Assembly (NCBI GenBank): GCA_965209035.1
Contig: OZ242372.1
Span: forward strand, 1,952,001 to 2,016,000
DNA: 64,000 bases
From: Gammaproteobacteria bacterium
GTDB taxonomy: Bacteria; Pseudomonadota; Gammaproteobacteria; CBDBNL01; JAAOII01
Direction of reading: 5' to 3'
Below are positions 26,329 through 37,005 of the stretch, in pieces. Both the position numbers and the translations under genes were made by a program. The notes beneath the pieces were generated by a model. It did no database searches. It worked only from the letters and a program-made list of their open reading frames with translations, and was not told the origin of the DNA. The stretch's first letter is position 1. Each line of letters begins with the position of its first letter.

Positions 26329-27966
26329 TTATTGTTTTGATTGCATTAAGCAAACGCCGTAAGGGGGCATCAAGACGGACTTGCCGTCTTTGCTAATTCG
26401 GGCGTCTATGCGGGCGTCTTGCTTGACTTGGCTGCCCTCAAAAGATTGCTTGATCTCTGTTTTGTTTGCGGTTAGGTTGAACAGGCACAATAATTGTTGA
26501 TTTAATTTTTGATTAGTGTGCGTTCGGGTGAAGCCGATGATCCCGCCGGGCAAGCGGTGTATTTCCATATCACCCGTCCAAAAATCCCCCAATTCTTTCC
26601 GCCATTGCAACAAACGACGGGTGAAACTTAGCATGGAATTTTTGTCCGCCGCTTGTTTGTCCGCGGCCATGGCGATCTGTCTCTTGTCCGCAGGCAGCCA
26701 GGGGGTTGCTTGGGAAAATCCGCCGTTGGGTGCGGATGCGCCCCAGGGCATGGGAGTGCGACAGCCGTCCCGCCCTTTGTATTCCGGCCAGAATTCAATA
26801 CCGAAGGGATCGCGGAGATCCTTGCGGGCGATGTCCGCTTCCGGCAAGCCGAGTTCTTCGCCCTGATAGATGCAGGGGGTGCCGCGCATGGTCAGTAACA
26901 AAGTCATCATCATGCGTGTGAACGCCGGCAGATGCTTCTTTTCTTTGGGGCCGCGACTGGCGACACGCATCACATCGTGATTGCTGAACGCCCAACAGGG
27001 CCAGCCGTCTTTAAGATGTTTGTCCAGATAAAGAAAAATGTCATTGAACCGCTCGGCGTCAAAGTGGCTGAGAAAGCCAAAAGTATAAGCGGTGTGCAGC
27101 CGTTTTTGTGTTTGGGTGTATAGGCTGAGAATATCCAATTGTCCGTCGCCGCCAATTTCTCCCACCAGCATCCGTGCTTTGTATTTGTCAGTCAGGGCGC
27201 GCAAACTCTCGATGAAGGGGAGATTGTGTTTGTAATAGATATCGTATCGGTGCTCCTGTTTGAAATAAGGATTCACCTCAATGATATTGAAAGCCTTTGC
27301 CGAGGCGGGGGGGTTGTCGCGCAGTTTGGGGTCTTGCAAGTAGCAGTGTGCCGTATCCAGACGAAATCCGTCCACTCCTTTATCAAGCCAAAACTTGGCA
27401 GCTTTTAAAAGCGCTTTTTGGACTTGCGGGTTGTTGAAATTCAGGTCCGGTTGCTCCTTGAGAAACTGGTGCAAGTAGTATTGGCAGCGGCGCGTATCCC
27501 ACTGCCAGGCACTGCCGCCAAATACCGCCTGCCAGTTGTTCGGCGGGCTGCCGTCTTTTTTGGCGTCGGCCCAGACATACCAGTCGGCTTTCGGGTTTTT
27601 ACGGTCTTGGCGCGACGCAACAAACCATGCGTGGCGATCCGATGTATGGTTGTAGACCTGGTCAATGATGAGTTTCAGCCCGGCTCTGTGTGTTGCCGCA
27701 AGCAGCTTGTCAAAATCGGCCATAGTGCCGAACATCGGGTCTATGGCGCAGTAGTCTTCCACATCATAACCATAATCTTTCATCGGCGATTTGAAAAACG
27801 GCGAGAGCCACAGGGCATCCGCCCCCAAAGATTTCAAATAGTCCATTTTGGCGCGAATCCCGTTAAGGTCGCCGACTTCTTTGTTTTTGGCGGAGAAGAA
27901 ACTGCGCGGATATACTTGATAGATGGTGCCGATACGCCACCAGTCCGGAGTAAAAGAATGTTTCAT
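26329..27966 (-). CDS. GH13 alpha-glucosidase
   Basis: YQVYPRSF, DYGYDV, NHTSD, GVDGFRLD, SNHD, GRDGCRTPM. Confidence 0.93.
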   Translation of the reverse strand: MKHSFTPDWWRIGTIYQVYPRSFFSAKNKEVGDLNGIRAKMDYLKSLGADALWLSPFFKSPMKDYGYDVEDYCAIDPMFGTMADFDKLLAATHRAGLKLIIDQVYNHTSDRHAWFVASRQDRKNPKADWYVWADAKKDGSPPNNWQAVFGGSAWQWDTRRCQYYLHQFLKEQPDLNFNNPQVQKALLKAAKFWLDKGVDGFRLDTAHCYLQDPKLRDNPPASAKAFNIIEVNPYFKQEHRYDIYYKHNLPFIESLRALTDKYKARMLVGEIGGDGQLDILSLYTQTQKRLHTAYTFGFLSHFDAERFNDIFLYLDKHLKDGWPCWAFSNHDVMRVASRGPKEKKHLPAFTRMMMTLLLTMRGTPCIYQGEELGLPEADIARKDLRDPFGIEFWPEYKGRDGCRTPMPWGASAPNGGFSQATPWLPADKRQIAMAADKQAADKNSMLSFTRRLLQWRKELGDFWTGDMEIHRLPGGIIGFTRTHTNQKLNQQLLCLFNLTANKTEIKQSFEGSQVKQDARIDARISKDGKSVLMPPYGVCLMQSKQ

Positions 27967-28000
27967 AAGTGGTTCATAAATGTTTCATAAATTCCGTGGT

Positions 28001-29035
28001 TTAACCCTTCACGGCACCCGCGGTCAGGCCGGAGATGATGCGTTGTTGAAAAACAAGAACCATAATGACCAGAGGAACAGTTACTATCACCGATGCGGCC
28101 ATGATATTCCCCCAGGGGATTTCCCGCTCGGTGGTTCCGCTGAGCAGGGCGATTGCGACGGGAACCGTGCGCTGTGTATCGCGCAGAATGAAAGTGAGTG
28201 CGAACAAGAATTCGTTCCAGGCGGCGATGAATGCCAATAGGCCGGTGGTGATCAAAGAAGGCCAGAGTAACGGCATAAACACTTTGAAGATGATGCGCAA
28301 GGGGCCGGCACCGTCCATGATGGCGGCTTCTTCCAATTCCAGCGGAAGTTCGCGCATGAAAGCGGTGAGAACCCAGACGGTGAAAGGCAGGGTGAAGATC
28401 ATATAGGAAAAAATCAGCGAACCCAGATGATTAAACAAACCGAAAATGGAAATCAACTCAAACAGCCCGGACAGCACCGATATTTGCGGGAACATAGAAA
28501 CGGACAGGATGGTGAGCAGCAAAATTCCGCGCCCGCGAAAGCGGATGCGGCTTAACGAAAAACTTGCCGTTACCGCCAACAGCAGAGAAAGGCAGACAAC
28601 CACCGAGGCGACTATGACGGAATTGAGCAGATTGTATGCGAAATAGTTATTGCGAAATACGGATACATAGTTACCGATGGAAAAAGAGTCGGGGAGATAA
28701 TTGACTTCAAAAATGGCGGTGCCGCTTTCCAGCGAAGTCAGTATGGCATAGTAAAACGGAAAAACGGAAAACAGCGCAATGGCGAGCACCATCCAGACAT
28801 ACCAGAGTCGGTTTGTCTGACCGAACAGATAAACAACATAATTAATGCCGACACAGAGAGCGAGAACGCCTGTGTCCGCCACCGCGCCGAATTCCGCGCC
28901 GGAGCCGCGCAGCACAGTTCTTGCCACCACCCAAAGGATGAGAACCTGCACCGCAATTTGCCACAAATTGGAAATATGCGGAATCCGGGCGTTTTGGGTG
29001 ATTATGCTTGTTTGGGTTTTTGTCTGTGTTGTCAT
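28001..29035 (-). CDS. Carbohydrate ABC permease (MalG/ThuG-like)
   Basis: EAA loop ELEEAAIMDGA; FIAAWNEFLFA; GLTAGAVKG. Confidence 0.93.
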   Translation of the reverse strand: MTTQTKTQTSIITQNARIPHISNLWQIAVQVLILWVVARTVLRGSGAEFGAVADTGVLALCVGINYVVYLFGQTNRLWYVWMVLAIALFSVFPFYYAILTSLESGTAIFEVNYLPDSFSIGNYVSVFRNNYFAYNLLNSVIVASVVVCLSLLLAVTASFSLSRIRFRGRGILLLTILSVSMFPQISVLSGLFELISIFGLFNHLGSLIFSYMIFTLPFTVWVLTAFMRELPLELEEAAIMDGAGPLRIIFKVFMPLLWPSLITTGLLAFIAAWNEFLFALTFILRDTQRTVPVAIALLSGTTEREIPWGNIMAASVIVTVPLVIMVLVFQQRIISGLTAGAVKG

Positions 29036-29071
29036 TTTTTATCTGTTATGTTTGAGGATATTTAGTGATGT

Positions 29072-29983
29072 TTATGATTGCCCCAGTTTAACACGCCCAA
29101 TCCATATATACAAAAGTGTCAGGATGGTGATAATCAGAAACAAGGATGTTGAGGCACTGGCGCCGTAAGCAAACTTGGAGAAATCGAACATCTCCAACTT
29201 CCCGTAGACGGACATGCTCATTGTGGCTTCGTTATTCGGTGTGAGAACATAAATCAGATCAAAAATCCTAAGCGAATCCAACGAGCGAAAAATGATGGCG
29301 ACCATGAGCGGCTGTTTAATGAGCGGCAGTGTGATTTTGAAAAAGCGCTTAAAGGGACCTATGCCGTCAACTCGGGCGGCTTCATAGACCTCGCCGGGCA
29401 GCAGTTGCAATGCGGCCAAAGTCAGTAATGCCATGAAGGGTGTGGTCTTCCACACATCCACCATGATGATGGCGAACATTGCGGTATCCGGCGATGCCGT
29501 CCAGGCGATGGGTTCGGATAGCACACCGATTTTTATGAGAAGGTCGTTGATGATGCCGAATTGATCGTTGAGCATCCATGCCCACATTTTTGCCGACACG
29601 ATGGTCGGGATCGCCCATGGGACCAATATGGCGGCACGCAAGATGCCGCGGCCGCGAAACTCCAGGTTGAGGGCAAGGGCGATGAAAATGCCGAGGAGGG
29701 TTTCCAAAGAAACCGAAATGACCGTAAAAAACAGCGTATTGTAGACGGAACGCCACCAGTTTTCCGTTACCAGCAGACCGCGCCAGACGCCGTCCGAATA
29801 ATGAAGATAATTTTTGAAATAAACGAATTCGTAACTTTCCTGGCCGAATTCCGCCAGGTCGGTAAAACTGAAGTAAATGGTGCGTAACAAAGGCCAGGCG
29901 GCGGTGAACGCCAACACGGCCAACATCGGCACCAGGAAGATCCAGGCTGTCCTAACTTTTTGTTTTGTCAGCAGACTTGCCAT
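29072..29983 (-). CDS. Carbohydrate ABC permease (MalF/ThuF-like)
   Basis: VDVWKTTPF, EAARVDG, FDLIYVLT. Confidence 0.93.
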   Translation of the reverse strand: MASLLTKQKVRTAWIFLVPMLAVLAFTAAWPLLRTIYFSFTDLAEFGQESYEFVYFKNYLHYSDGVWRGLLVTENWWRSVYNTLFFTVISVSLETLLGIFIALALNLEFRGRGILRAAILVPWAIPTIVSAKMWAWMLNDQFGIINDLLIKIGVLSEPIAWTASPDTAMFAIIMVDVWKTTPFMALLTLAALQLLPGEVYEAARVDGIGPFKRFFKITLPLIKQPLMVAIIFRSLDSLRIFDLIYVLTPNNEATMSMSVYGKLEMFDFSKFAYGASASTSLFLIITILTLLYIWIGRVKLGQS

Positions 29984-30161
29984 GCGATTCAGAGAATTTT
30001 AAGGAGATTTAACGAACATTAAAAAAGACTTTAAAAGTCAAAGGGCTTTACTTTAAAGGAAGAAAGGAATAAAAGAAGCGAAGAAGCAGAGAATAAAAGA
30101 TGTTCCAATAAAAGAGAGAGCCTTGCGCCCTCTCTTTCGTTTAGTTTGGCAACTTGGCAAC

Positions 30162-31448
30162 TTACCAGCCTTCGCCGCGGATGTTTTGAAGTTTTCTTTC
30201 CAGCGCATCCAAACTTGCACTTGCCGAAGCGCGACCAGTCAGGACATTGTGTGCCGCAGTCCAAAATTCTTTGGACACCTCGTTATACTTGACCTTTGCC
30301 GGTGCGGAGGGCCGCGGAACCGCTTGCGAAAGAACGCCCAGCCAGTCCGCAAAGAAGGGGACAGCCGCCAGGACATCCGCATCTTGATACAGATGCGGCA
30401 GAGTAGGCATCTTGGATCCTTGAACGGCGTTGATTTTTTGCACTTCTTCGCTTACCAGATACAAAGCCAGGGCTGTGGCGGCATCCTGATTTTCGGAGTA
30501 CTTGGAAACGGCAATATTCCAACCGCCCAAAGTGGCTGCGGAGCCGGCACCGCCTGTGGGCAGCGGGACAACGCCTATCTTGCCTTTGACCTGCGAATCT
30601 TCGGCATTTTGACCCAAGCCGTAAGCATAGGGCCAGTTGCGCATGAAGACCGCATTTCCTCGTTGCCATACGCCGCGCGCTTCTTCTTCTTGGTAGGTCG
30701 TCACGCCTGCCGGGGCGATGGTTCCAACCCAACTTGCGGCAAGTTCCAGGGCGCGTGCGGCATTTGGATTGTTAATGGAGATTGTTCCGTCCGGTTCAAT
30801 AATTTGACCGCCGCCGTGGGACTTAACCCATTCCAACGCGTCACAAGTCAGACCTTCGTAGGCGTTGCCTTGAAAAACAAAGCCGTACATGTCCGCATTA
30901 CCCGCGTCACGCTCTTGTTCCATGATGTATTGGGCAACATCCGTCATTTCTTCCCAGGTGGTCGGGGCGGTCTCGTCGTATTTTTCCAACAGATCTTTCC
31001 GATAGTAAAGTGCCGGCGCATCCGTGAAGTAGGGCAAGGCGACCAGTTTGCCGTTCGCTGTTTGTGATTCAACAATGGACGGAAAATGATTGCCGATGAC
31101 ATCCGCGGCAGCATCAGTCAGATCAACCAAATGGTTGTCTATTTGCGGCGCCCAGATAACATCTACCACATAGAGATCTATGTCTTTGGATTTGGCGTTT
31201 AGCCAGATCTTGAATTGACCGAAGATATCGGTTGTGGATGCGGGCATCTGTGTGATTTCCACTTTCTGCCCGGTGCGTTCTTCGTAGGTGTCCAGCACCG
31301 AACGCAGTATTTCTATGTCCTTGCCAACCGAGCCAATGGCAACGGCGAGAGTGTCGTCTTTTTTGGCACACGCGGTCATTCCGAAAACGAATGCAATCGC
31401 TAATACCAAGCCGGCAATGACAGAAACAATACTATGTTTATTTTTCAT
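30162..31448 (-). CDS. Sugar ABC substrate-binding lipoprotein (trehalose/maltose ThuE-like)
   Basis: Lipobox MTAC; DVIW, LYYRKDLL, YEGLTC, FMRNWPY, TLGGW. Confidence 0.9.
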   Translation of the reverse strand: MKNKHSIVSVIAGLVLAIAFVFGMTACAKKDDTLAVAIGSVGKDIEILRSVLDTYEERTGQKVEITQMPASTTDIFGQFKIWLNAKSKDIDLYVVDVIWAPQIDNHLVDLTDAAADVIGNHFPSIVESQTANGKLVALPYFTDAPALYYRKDLLEKYDETAPTTWEEMTDVAQYIMEQERDAGNADMYGFVFQGNAYEGLTCDALEWVKSHGGGQIIEPDGTISINNPNAARALELAASWVGTIAPAGVTTYQEEEARGVWQRGNAVFMRNWPYAYGLGQNAEDSQVKGKIGVVPLPTGGAGSAATLGGWNIAVSKYSENQDAATALALYLVSEEVQKINAVQGSKMPTLPHLYQDADVLAAVPFFADWLGVLSQAVPRPSAPAKVKYNEVSKEFWTAAHNVLTGRASASASLDALERKLQNIRGEGW

Positions 31449-31591
31449 ATTTTTACCTTTTAATTGTATTTATAAAAATTGTATCCTTTCATTATATGTG
31501 AATAACAAATGAATATTTTGCATGCATAAACGGATCCGCATGCAAGGCAGACTATGACAGCCGAAACAAACTTACCGCCCGCTTTTTCATA

Positions 31592-32599
31592 TCATCGGTC
31601 GCGGATGATGAGCAATTCGTGTGATTGCTTCACATAATGGCGGGAACCGTTCTCAATTCGGTTCTTGCCGATGCGGGTCTCGCCTTGGCCGAGCGTGTAT
31701 TGCCATTTCACCTCAAGAATCCGACAAGCCGAATACCAATCCCGGATGGGACCGCAGTCGTTATAGGAAAGAATAAATCCTCCCGTATGGGCGAGGAGGA
31801 GGTCACGCAGTTTTTCGTGATCAAAGTTTTTGTGATGCACCGGAAAGTTTCTCTGCGGATAGATACCGCGAAACATTCGGCTGTCTCCCTCCAAGTAGTA
31901 TGGCGGATCACAATACAAAAAGTCGCCTCGGTGTCGCGGAATGACATCCTCGAAAGAGGCACGGGAGACTGTCAAGCCGGGACAGTCAAAGTCGGCAACC
32001 TTTTTAATGAGGCGGTTCACGCGTTCCGGCTCTTCGTATATTTTGGAAATCCAACCCAAGAAGCCGGGACCGTAACTCAAGTTATGATTAAACCAGTAGC
32101 GGGCCGCGAGATCCAACGCATCGTCGATGATCTCGTCTCCGTTCCAGTGCGCTTTCAAAATCTCTTTAACCTTTTGATAGGTTTCTTTATTGGGAGTGAA
32201 TTGGGAAAGTTTTTGGGCAAGGGCGGCGGGAGAGTCTGTCTGCACACGCCAGTAATTGACAAGAATGTCAAACACATCATAGCCGTGCACTTGCAAACCA
32301 AGTTCTTTGGCGCAGGCAATTTCCACCGAGCCGCCGCCAAAAAAGGGCGATACGAGAGTGTCTGTGTCATGCGGGAGATTTTCGACAACATACCCGACCG
32401 CCAAACTTTTACCGCCGGCATATCGCAACGGCAAGCCGCCGTATCTGCGATACTTGTAACGACCGGCACTGCGAAGTTTATGCAACAGCGTTTTTTTGCG
32501 TGTCGCAAGATCGCCAGCCTCGCCGAACAACCTTTTATTTTGTTGCGGGCGGGCTCGGGTTTTTTCAATGCGTCCGATGTGCCTCGTTGCTATGCTCAT
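31592..32599 (-). CDS. Orphan Dam/D12-class DNA adenine methylase
   Basis: LRYAGGKS, SPFFGGGSVE, FLYCDPPYY, FILSYND; no adjacent nuclease. Confidence 0.9.
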   Translation of the reverse strand: MSIATRHIGRIEKTRARPQQNKRLFGEAGDLATRKKTLLHKLRSAGRYKYRRYGGLPLRYAGGKSLAVGYVVENLPHDTDTLVSPFFGGGSVEIACAKELGLQVHGYDVFDILVNYWRVQTDSPAALAQKLSQFTPNKETYQKVKEILKAHWNGDEIIDDALDLAARYWFNHNLSYGPGFLGWISKIYEEPERVNRLIKKVADFDCPGLTVSRASFEDVIPRHRGDFLYCDPPYYLEGDSRMFRGIYPQRNFPVHHKNFDHEKLRDLLLAHTGGFILSYNDCGPIRDWYSACRILEVKWQYTLGQGETRIGKNRIENGSRHYVKQSHELLIIRDR

Positions 32600-32658
32600 G
32601 TTGTGATGTATTTGGTGATATTTTACCGTATTATCCTCTCAGTTTTGGACTGCATGCA

Positions 32659-32695
32659 TGCATAGTCTCATAAAGGTTCCGGACTCTGAGTTTGG
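32659..32695 (+). mobile_element. Solo IS481-like terminal IR scar
   Basis: TGCATAGTCTCATAAAGGTTCCGGACTCTGAGTTTGG vs IS end TGCATGATCTCATAAAGGTTCTGGACTCTGAGTTTGG (3 mismatches in 37). Confidence 0.85.
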
Positions 32696-32781
32696 TATCA
32701 TTCCACCCGGTACCGGACTATTCTTAAAAACCCTTAAAAATCTTTAAAAATGATAAAAGTTGTCAATTTATAACTTTTAAT

Positions 32782-32820
32782 AACTTAATGTATATTAAGT
32801 TTGTGAATAAGTGTTATAAT
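32782..32820 (+). promoter_or_regulatory. Palindromic operator (candidate MntR/TroR box) and extended -10 promoter
   Basis: AACTTAAT-GTAT-ATTAAGTT (32782-32801); TGnTATAAT at 32812-32820; upstream of a metal ABC operon that ends in a DtxR-family gene. Confidence 0.6.
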
Positions 32821-32827
32821 TGTAAGT

Positions 32828-33916
32828 ATGCGTTTAGTTTTGAATCATTTAATAAATAGTATGCATAAAAGATTTGCCGGGTTAAAAACCGGCTCGGCGG
32901 TTCTTGCCGTTGCTGCCATCATTGCTGCCGGCTGTATTTTGGGGCTTGCGGCCTTGGTCCCGGATCAGGGGGGGCGGCAGGCGGAGGCGGGTGTTGGCGG
33001 TGCCTCGGAAAAACAGATTTCGCGTGAGCACGAAAAAGCCACGCTGGTTACCAGCATTGCTCAGCTCGCGGAGCCGCTTTCAAAGATTGTGGCGGGTTGT
33101 GATGCGATTGCCGGTGTGGGTAGTCTTTTGGGAAGCGGGACGGATCCGCATTTGTATCAGTTGACGCGTGCGGATGTTGTGCGGCTGCGCGATGCGGATA
33201 TGATTTTTTATGTCGGCCACAGATTGGAAGCACAAATGGAGGAGTTGCTGCACTCTTTGGAGAGAACCAAGCCGGTTTACGCACTTGCCGAAGAATTGCC
33301 GTCAACACTTTTGTTGAAGGTGGCATCGCATACCTATGATCCGCATTTGTGGATGGACCCGTTGCTGTGGAAAGATGTGTTGGCTGTGGCGAGCGGTAAG
33401 ATCGCGGACAGGTTTCCCGAATGTCGCGCACAAATAGAAGTCGGTGCCGGCAACTATGAAAAGCGGCTGGAAGCACTTGATGCAAGAATTTTGCGTTTGT
33501 TTGCCGCGGTGCCGCTTCAACAACGCATTTTGGTTACTTCGCATGATGCGTTCGGCTATTTCGGCAGAAGATACGATCTGGAAGTAATGGCATTGCAAGG
33601 GATTTCCACGGATCGGCAAATCAGCGTCGGCCAGGTGGATGCTTTGGTGGAGCAATTAATTGCAAAGAAGGTGCGTGCGGTCTTTACCGAAAGTTCGGTG
33701 AGTCGACGCGACATGCGTGCCGTGATTGAAGGGGCGGCGGAGCGCGGCTGGCCACTGCGAATCGGCGGGACACTTTTTTCGGATGCGATGGGTGCCGAGG
33801 GAACGGAAACCGCAACCTATATCGGCATGCTCGCTCACAATGTCGGCTTGATTGCAAACTCGCTTGATAAGAAGTTCACCCTGATAAAAACAGACACGGT
33901 TTGGGCGAACGATTAA
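32828..33916 (+). CDS. Mn/Zn ABC substrate-binding protein (TroA-like)
   Basis: DPHLY, DPHLWMDP, TSHDAFGYFG, LFSDAMG. Confidence 0.92.
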   Translation: MRLVLNHLINSMHKRFAGLKTGSAVLAVAAIIAAGCILGLAALVPDQGGRQAEAGVGGASEKQISREHEKATLVTSIAQLAEPLSKIVAGCDAIAGVGSLLGSGTDPHLYQLTRADVVRLRDADMIFYVGHRLEAQMEELLHSLERTKPVYALAEELPSTLLLKVASHTYDPHLWMDPLLWKDVLAVASGKIADRFPECRAQIEVGAGNYEKRLEALDARILRLFAAVPLQQRILVTSHDAFGYFGRRYDLEVMALQGISTDRQISVGQVDALVEQLIAKKVRAVFTESSVSRRDMRAVIEGAAERGWPLRIGGTLFSDAMGAEGTETATYIGMLAHNVGLIANSLDKKFTLIKTDTVWAND

Positions 33917-34653
33917 GCACCGGACAGCCCCGGCCACCCATTCCACCGATTGTCCGCTGTCGGCAACTGCGGGTGGCATACGAGGGGAAGGATGTCTTAA
34001 GCGGAGTGAACTGCGAATTGCCGGCGGGTCAACGCATTGCCGTGGTGGGCCCCAACGGGGCGGGGAAGAGCACTTTTGTTAAAGCATTGTTGGGGCTTCT
34101 GCCGCATAAGGGGCAAATTGAGATAAATGTTCCCGCTTCTGTCATTGTTTATGCGGCACAGAGACAAGACATAGACTGGGATTTTCCGGTGACTGTGTCG
34201 GATGTTGCACTGATGGGGATTTATGCCGAAATCGGTTGGTTTCGGCCTGTGCGTGTGGCACATCGCCGTGCCGTGTTGCGGGCATTGGAAACAGTCGGCA
34301 TTGCCCATCTGGCGAAACGCTCTTTGTCCGCTCTTTCGGTCGGACAGCAGCAGCGCGTGTTTTTGGCGCGGGCGTTGATTAATCGGCGGGCAACATTTTT
34401 CCTGTTTGACGAACCTTTTGCGGGCGTGGATATGCGAACGGCGACAATGATGCATGCAATCTTTCGAACGCTGACGGCGGAAGGCAAGACGGTGTTGTGT
34501 GTGCATCACGAATTGAATACGGTACTTGAGAATTTTGATTATGCGCTGTTGCTTGCGGGGCGGTTAATCGCCGCCGGCGAGACGGCCGATGTTCTGGCAC
34601 CGCGGCATCTGGCAACCGCCTATGGTGTTCCTTTGACGGCGGTGGGAGCCTAA
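33901..34653 (+). CDS. Mn/Zn ABC ATPase (TroB-like)
   Basis: GPNGAGKST, LSVGQQQR, DEPFAGVD, VHH. Confidence 0.92.
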   Translation: MGERLSTGQPRPPIPPIVRCRQLRVAYEGKDVLSGVNCELPAGQRIAVVGPNGAGKSTFVKALLGLLPHKGQIEINVPASVIVYAAQRQDIDWDFPVTVSDVALMGIYAEIGWFRPVRVAHRRAVLRALETVGIAHLAKRSLSALSVGQQQRVFLARALINRRATFFLFDEPFAGVDMRTATMMHAIFRTLTAEGKTVLCVHHELNTVLENFDYALLLAGRLIAAGETADVLAPRHLATAYGVPLTAVGA

Positions 34654-34721
34654 CAGAAGCGGGGACAGGCAAGAGGGATGGTGACGGAATGGTGACGGAA
34701 TGGTAGCGGAATGGTAGCGGA

Positions 34722-35609
34722 ATGAATGATATTTGGGATGCACTGTTGTTTGATGCCTCCGACCATGCGCTGCGTGTTTCTTTGGCGGTTGCCATGCAGA
34801 GTGCGGCGGCTGCCGTGCTTGGCTGCCACTTGATCGCGCGCCGGCGTGCTCTTTTGTCCGATGCGCTCAGCCATGCGAGTTTGGCCGGAGTCGGGTTGGG
34901 GTTTTTGGCGATGTTGCTATTCGGGGCGGAGAGCGAACTGAAAAAAGAAGTGTTTGTGACCGGCGGTGCTTTTGTGATGATGCTGGTTTGTTTGGCGTTT
35001 GTTTGGCAGATGGGTCGCCACATTAAGCGAGATGCCGCCCTGGCCCTGGCCCTGAGCGGTTTCTACGGGTTGGGGCTTGTGTTGCTGAGTTACATTCAAG
35101 TCATTCCGAGCGGCGCCAAAGCGGGGTTGGAAACCTATATTTTGGGGCAAAGCGCAACGATTAACCTTGCCGAAGTGCGGGTGATCACGGTCATCAGTCT
35201 GGTTGTTTTTTTGTGTTACGGGGTCATGCACAGACAGTGGATGCTTCTTTGTTTTGACGAGTCTTTTGCCCGGGTCAGCGGTGTGCGGGTGAAATATCAA
35301 GATCTTTTGATGCTGGTTCTTGCGGCCATGACGATTGCCGTGGGCATTCGTGCCATGGGATTGATTTTAATTGTGGCGTTGTTTACAATCCCGCCGTTAA
35401 TAGCGTCTTTGCTTTGCCGGCGTTGGCATTGGATGCTGCTGTCGGCGGCGGCGGTCGGGGCCCTGGCGTCTCATGCGGGGGTGTCGGTGAGTGCCGGTTT
35501 GCCGGTTGTGCCCAGCGGCGTTTGTGTTGTTTTAATCTGTGCGATTATTTATGCGGTTGCTTTTTTTGGAACTCGTCCGGGGATTCGTCGGGCGGGTTCT
35601 CCGGGTTGA
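34722..35609 (+). CDS. Metal ABC permease (TroC-like)
   Basis: DALSHASLAG; multiple TM helices. Confidence 0.9.
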   Translation: MNDIWDALLFDASDHALRVSLAVAMQSAAAAVLGCHLIARRRALLSDALSHASLAGVGLGFLAMLLFGAESELKKEVFVTGGAFVMMLVCLAFVWQMGRHIKRDAALALALSGFYGLGLVLLSYIQVIPSGAKAGLETYILGQSATINLAEVRVITVISLVVFLCYGVMHRQWMLLCFDESFARVSGVRVKYQDLLMLVLAAMTIAVGIRAMGLILIVALFTIPPLIASLLCRRWHWMLLSAAAVGALASHAGVSVSAGLPVVPSGVCVVLICAIIYAVAFFGTRPGIRRAGSPG

Positions 35610-35615
35610 AGGCGG

Positions 35616-36563
35616 ATGTTGGAGAACTTTTGGCGGGTTGATTTTGCGCCGCTGGTCGCGGCCATTTTGAGCGCTATTTGTTGTTGTTTGCCGGGCAATC
35701 TGCTGCTTGCCGGAAGGCAGAGCATGACGACCGATGCGATTTCGCATATTGTTTTGCCGGGGATGGTGCTTGCGTTTTTGTTTACCGGTAGTTTGTCGTT
35801 TGGTGTGATGTTTTGGGGGGCTCTGTTGGTCAGTTTCCCCGCAATTTTACTGATTGAATATCTTGGCAGGTTTCAAAATCGGGATGCGGTCCTGGGGATG
35901 GTGTTTTGCGTCTTTTTTGCTTTGGGTGTGTTGCTTTTGGAGATCTTTGTGGACAGGCGCGTTCATTTTGATGTTCGGCATGTGTTGTTTGGCAGTTTGG
36001 AGTCTGTCTATTGGCAGGGGCTGGGCGAGGGGTCCGGCGGTTTCTTTGCGGCGGAGGTGCGCCGGCATGTTCCGGCGGTGATTGTTAATCTTCTGGTGTT
36101 GCTTGCGTTTCAGACGGTGTTATTCGTACTCGCATATAAAGAAATTTTGGCGGTGCATTTTGACCCGACGCATGCCCGGCTGCATTGGGGCGGACGCTTG
36201 GGTGTTACGGTGATTTATTACGGATTGCCCGTGTTGAGCGCGATGACGATTGTTATGGTGTTTCGCATGGTCGGTCTGATTCTGATCGTGGGGATGTTTA
36301 TTATTCCGCCGCTATTGGCGAGTTTTTTTACCAAAAGTTTGATTGCCCGTATGCGTTTGAGCCTGCTCTTTGCCGTTCTGTTATGTGTGAGCGGTTATTT
36401 TTTTGCGGTGTTCTTGCCGGTTCTGTTGGGGGGTGATATTAGTTTGAATATCGGCGGCAGTATTGTGACATTGGGAGCTGTTCTGTGTTTTATAATGACG
36501 CTAATTAAACAATTTAAGCAATATTTAACTAACAGAGAGGACAAAGGGTCTGTCGCTAATTAA
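35616..36563 (+). CDS. Metal ABC permease (TroD-like)
   Basis: DAISHIVLPG; multiple TM helices. Confidence 0.9.
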   Translation: MLENFWRVDFAPLVAAILSAICCCLPGNLLLAGRQSMTTDAISHIVLPGMVLAFLFTGSLSFGVMFWGALLVSFPAILLIEYLGRFQNRDAVLGMVFCVFFALGVLLLEIFVDRRVHFDVRHVLFGSLESVYWQGLGEGSGGFFAAEVRRHVPAVIVNLLVLLAFQTVLFVLAYKEILAVHFDPTHARLHWGGRLGVTVIYYGLPVLSAMTIVMVFRMVGLILIVGMFIIPPLLASFFTKSLIARMRLSLLFAVLLCVSGYFFAVFLPVLLGGDISLNIGGSIVTLGAVLCFIMTLIKQFKQYLTNREDKGSVAN

Positions 36564-36579
36564 AAATGACGGAATAAGC

Positions 36580-37005
36580 ATGTCGCAACCTGACAAACAA
36601 AATTCGTTTGCCCGAACTCGGGACGATCATCGCACGGAATTGCAAGAAGATTATGTGGAGATTATCGCCGGTCTGATTGCCGAAAAGGGGGAGGCTCGTT
36701 CGGTGGATATTGCCGGGGCATTGGGTGTGTCGCAGACAGCTGTGAGCGCGATGATCTCCCGCTTGGTAAAGGAGGGGCTGGTGACCAGCGAGCCCTATCG
36801 TTCGGTTTTTTTGACGAAGCGGGGGGCGGAACTTGCCGCGGCCTGTGCCGCGCGGCACAAGCTGGTTAAGCAATTTTTATGCAGAATCGGTGTCAGCGAG
36901 GAGGTTGCGGCACAGGATGCGGAAGGAGTGGAACATCATTTAAGTGCCGAGACCTTGGAGTGTCTGCGCCGTTTTTTAGGCGAAAGTCCTTCGCAGGATC
37001 AATAG
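36580..37005 (+). CDS. mntR: Manganese-dependent DtxR-family regulator
   Basis: EDYVEII, HTH, PYRSVFLT, RH, DAEGVEHHLS. Confidence 0.9.
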   Translation: MSQPDKQNSFARTRDDHRTELQEDYVEIIAGLIAEKGEARSVDIAGALGVSQTAVSAMISRLVKEGLVTSEPYRSVFLTKRGAELAAACAARHKLVKQFLCRIGVSEEVAAQDAEGVEHHLSAETLECLRRFLGESPSQDQ

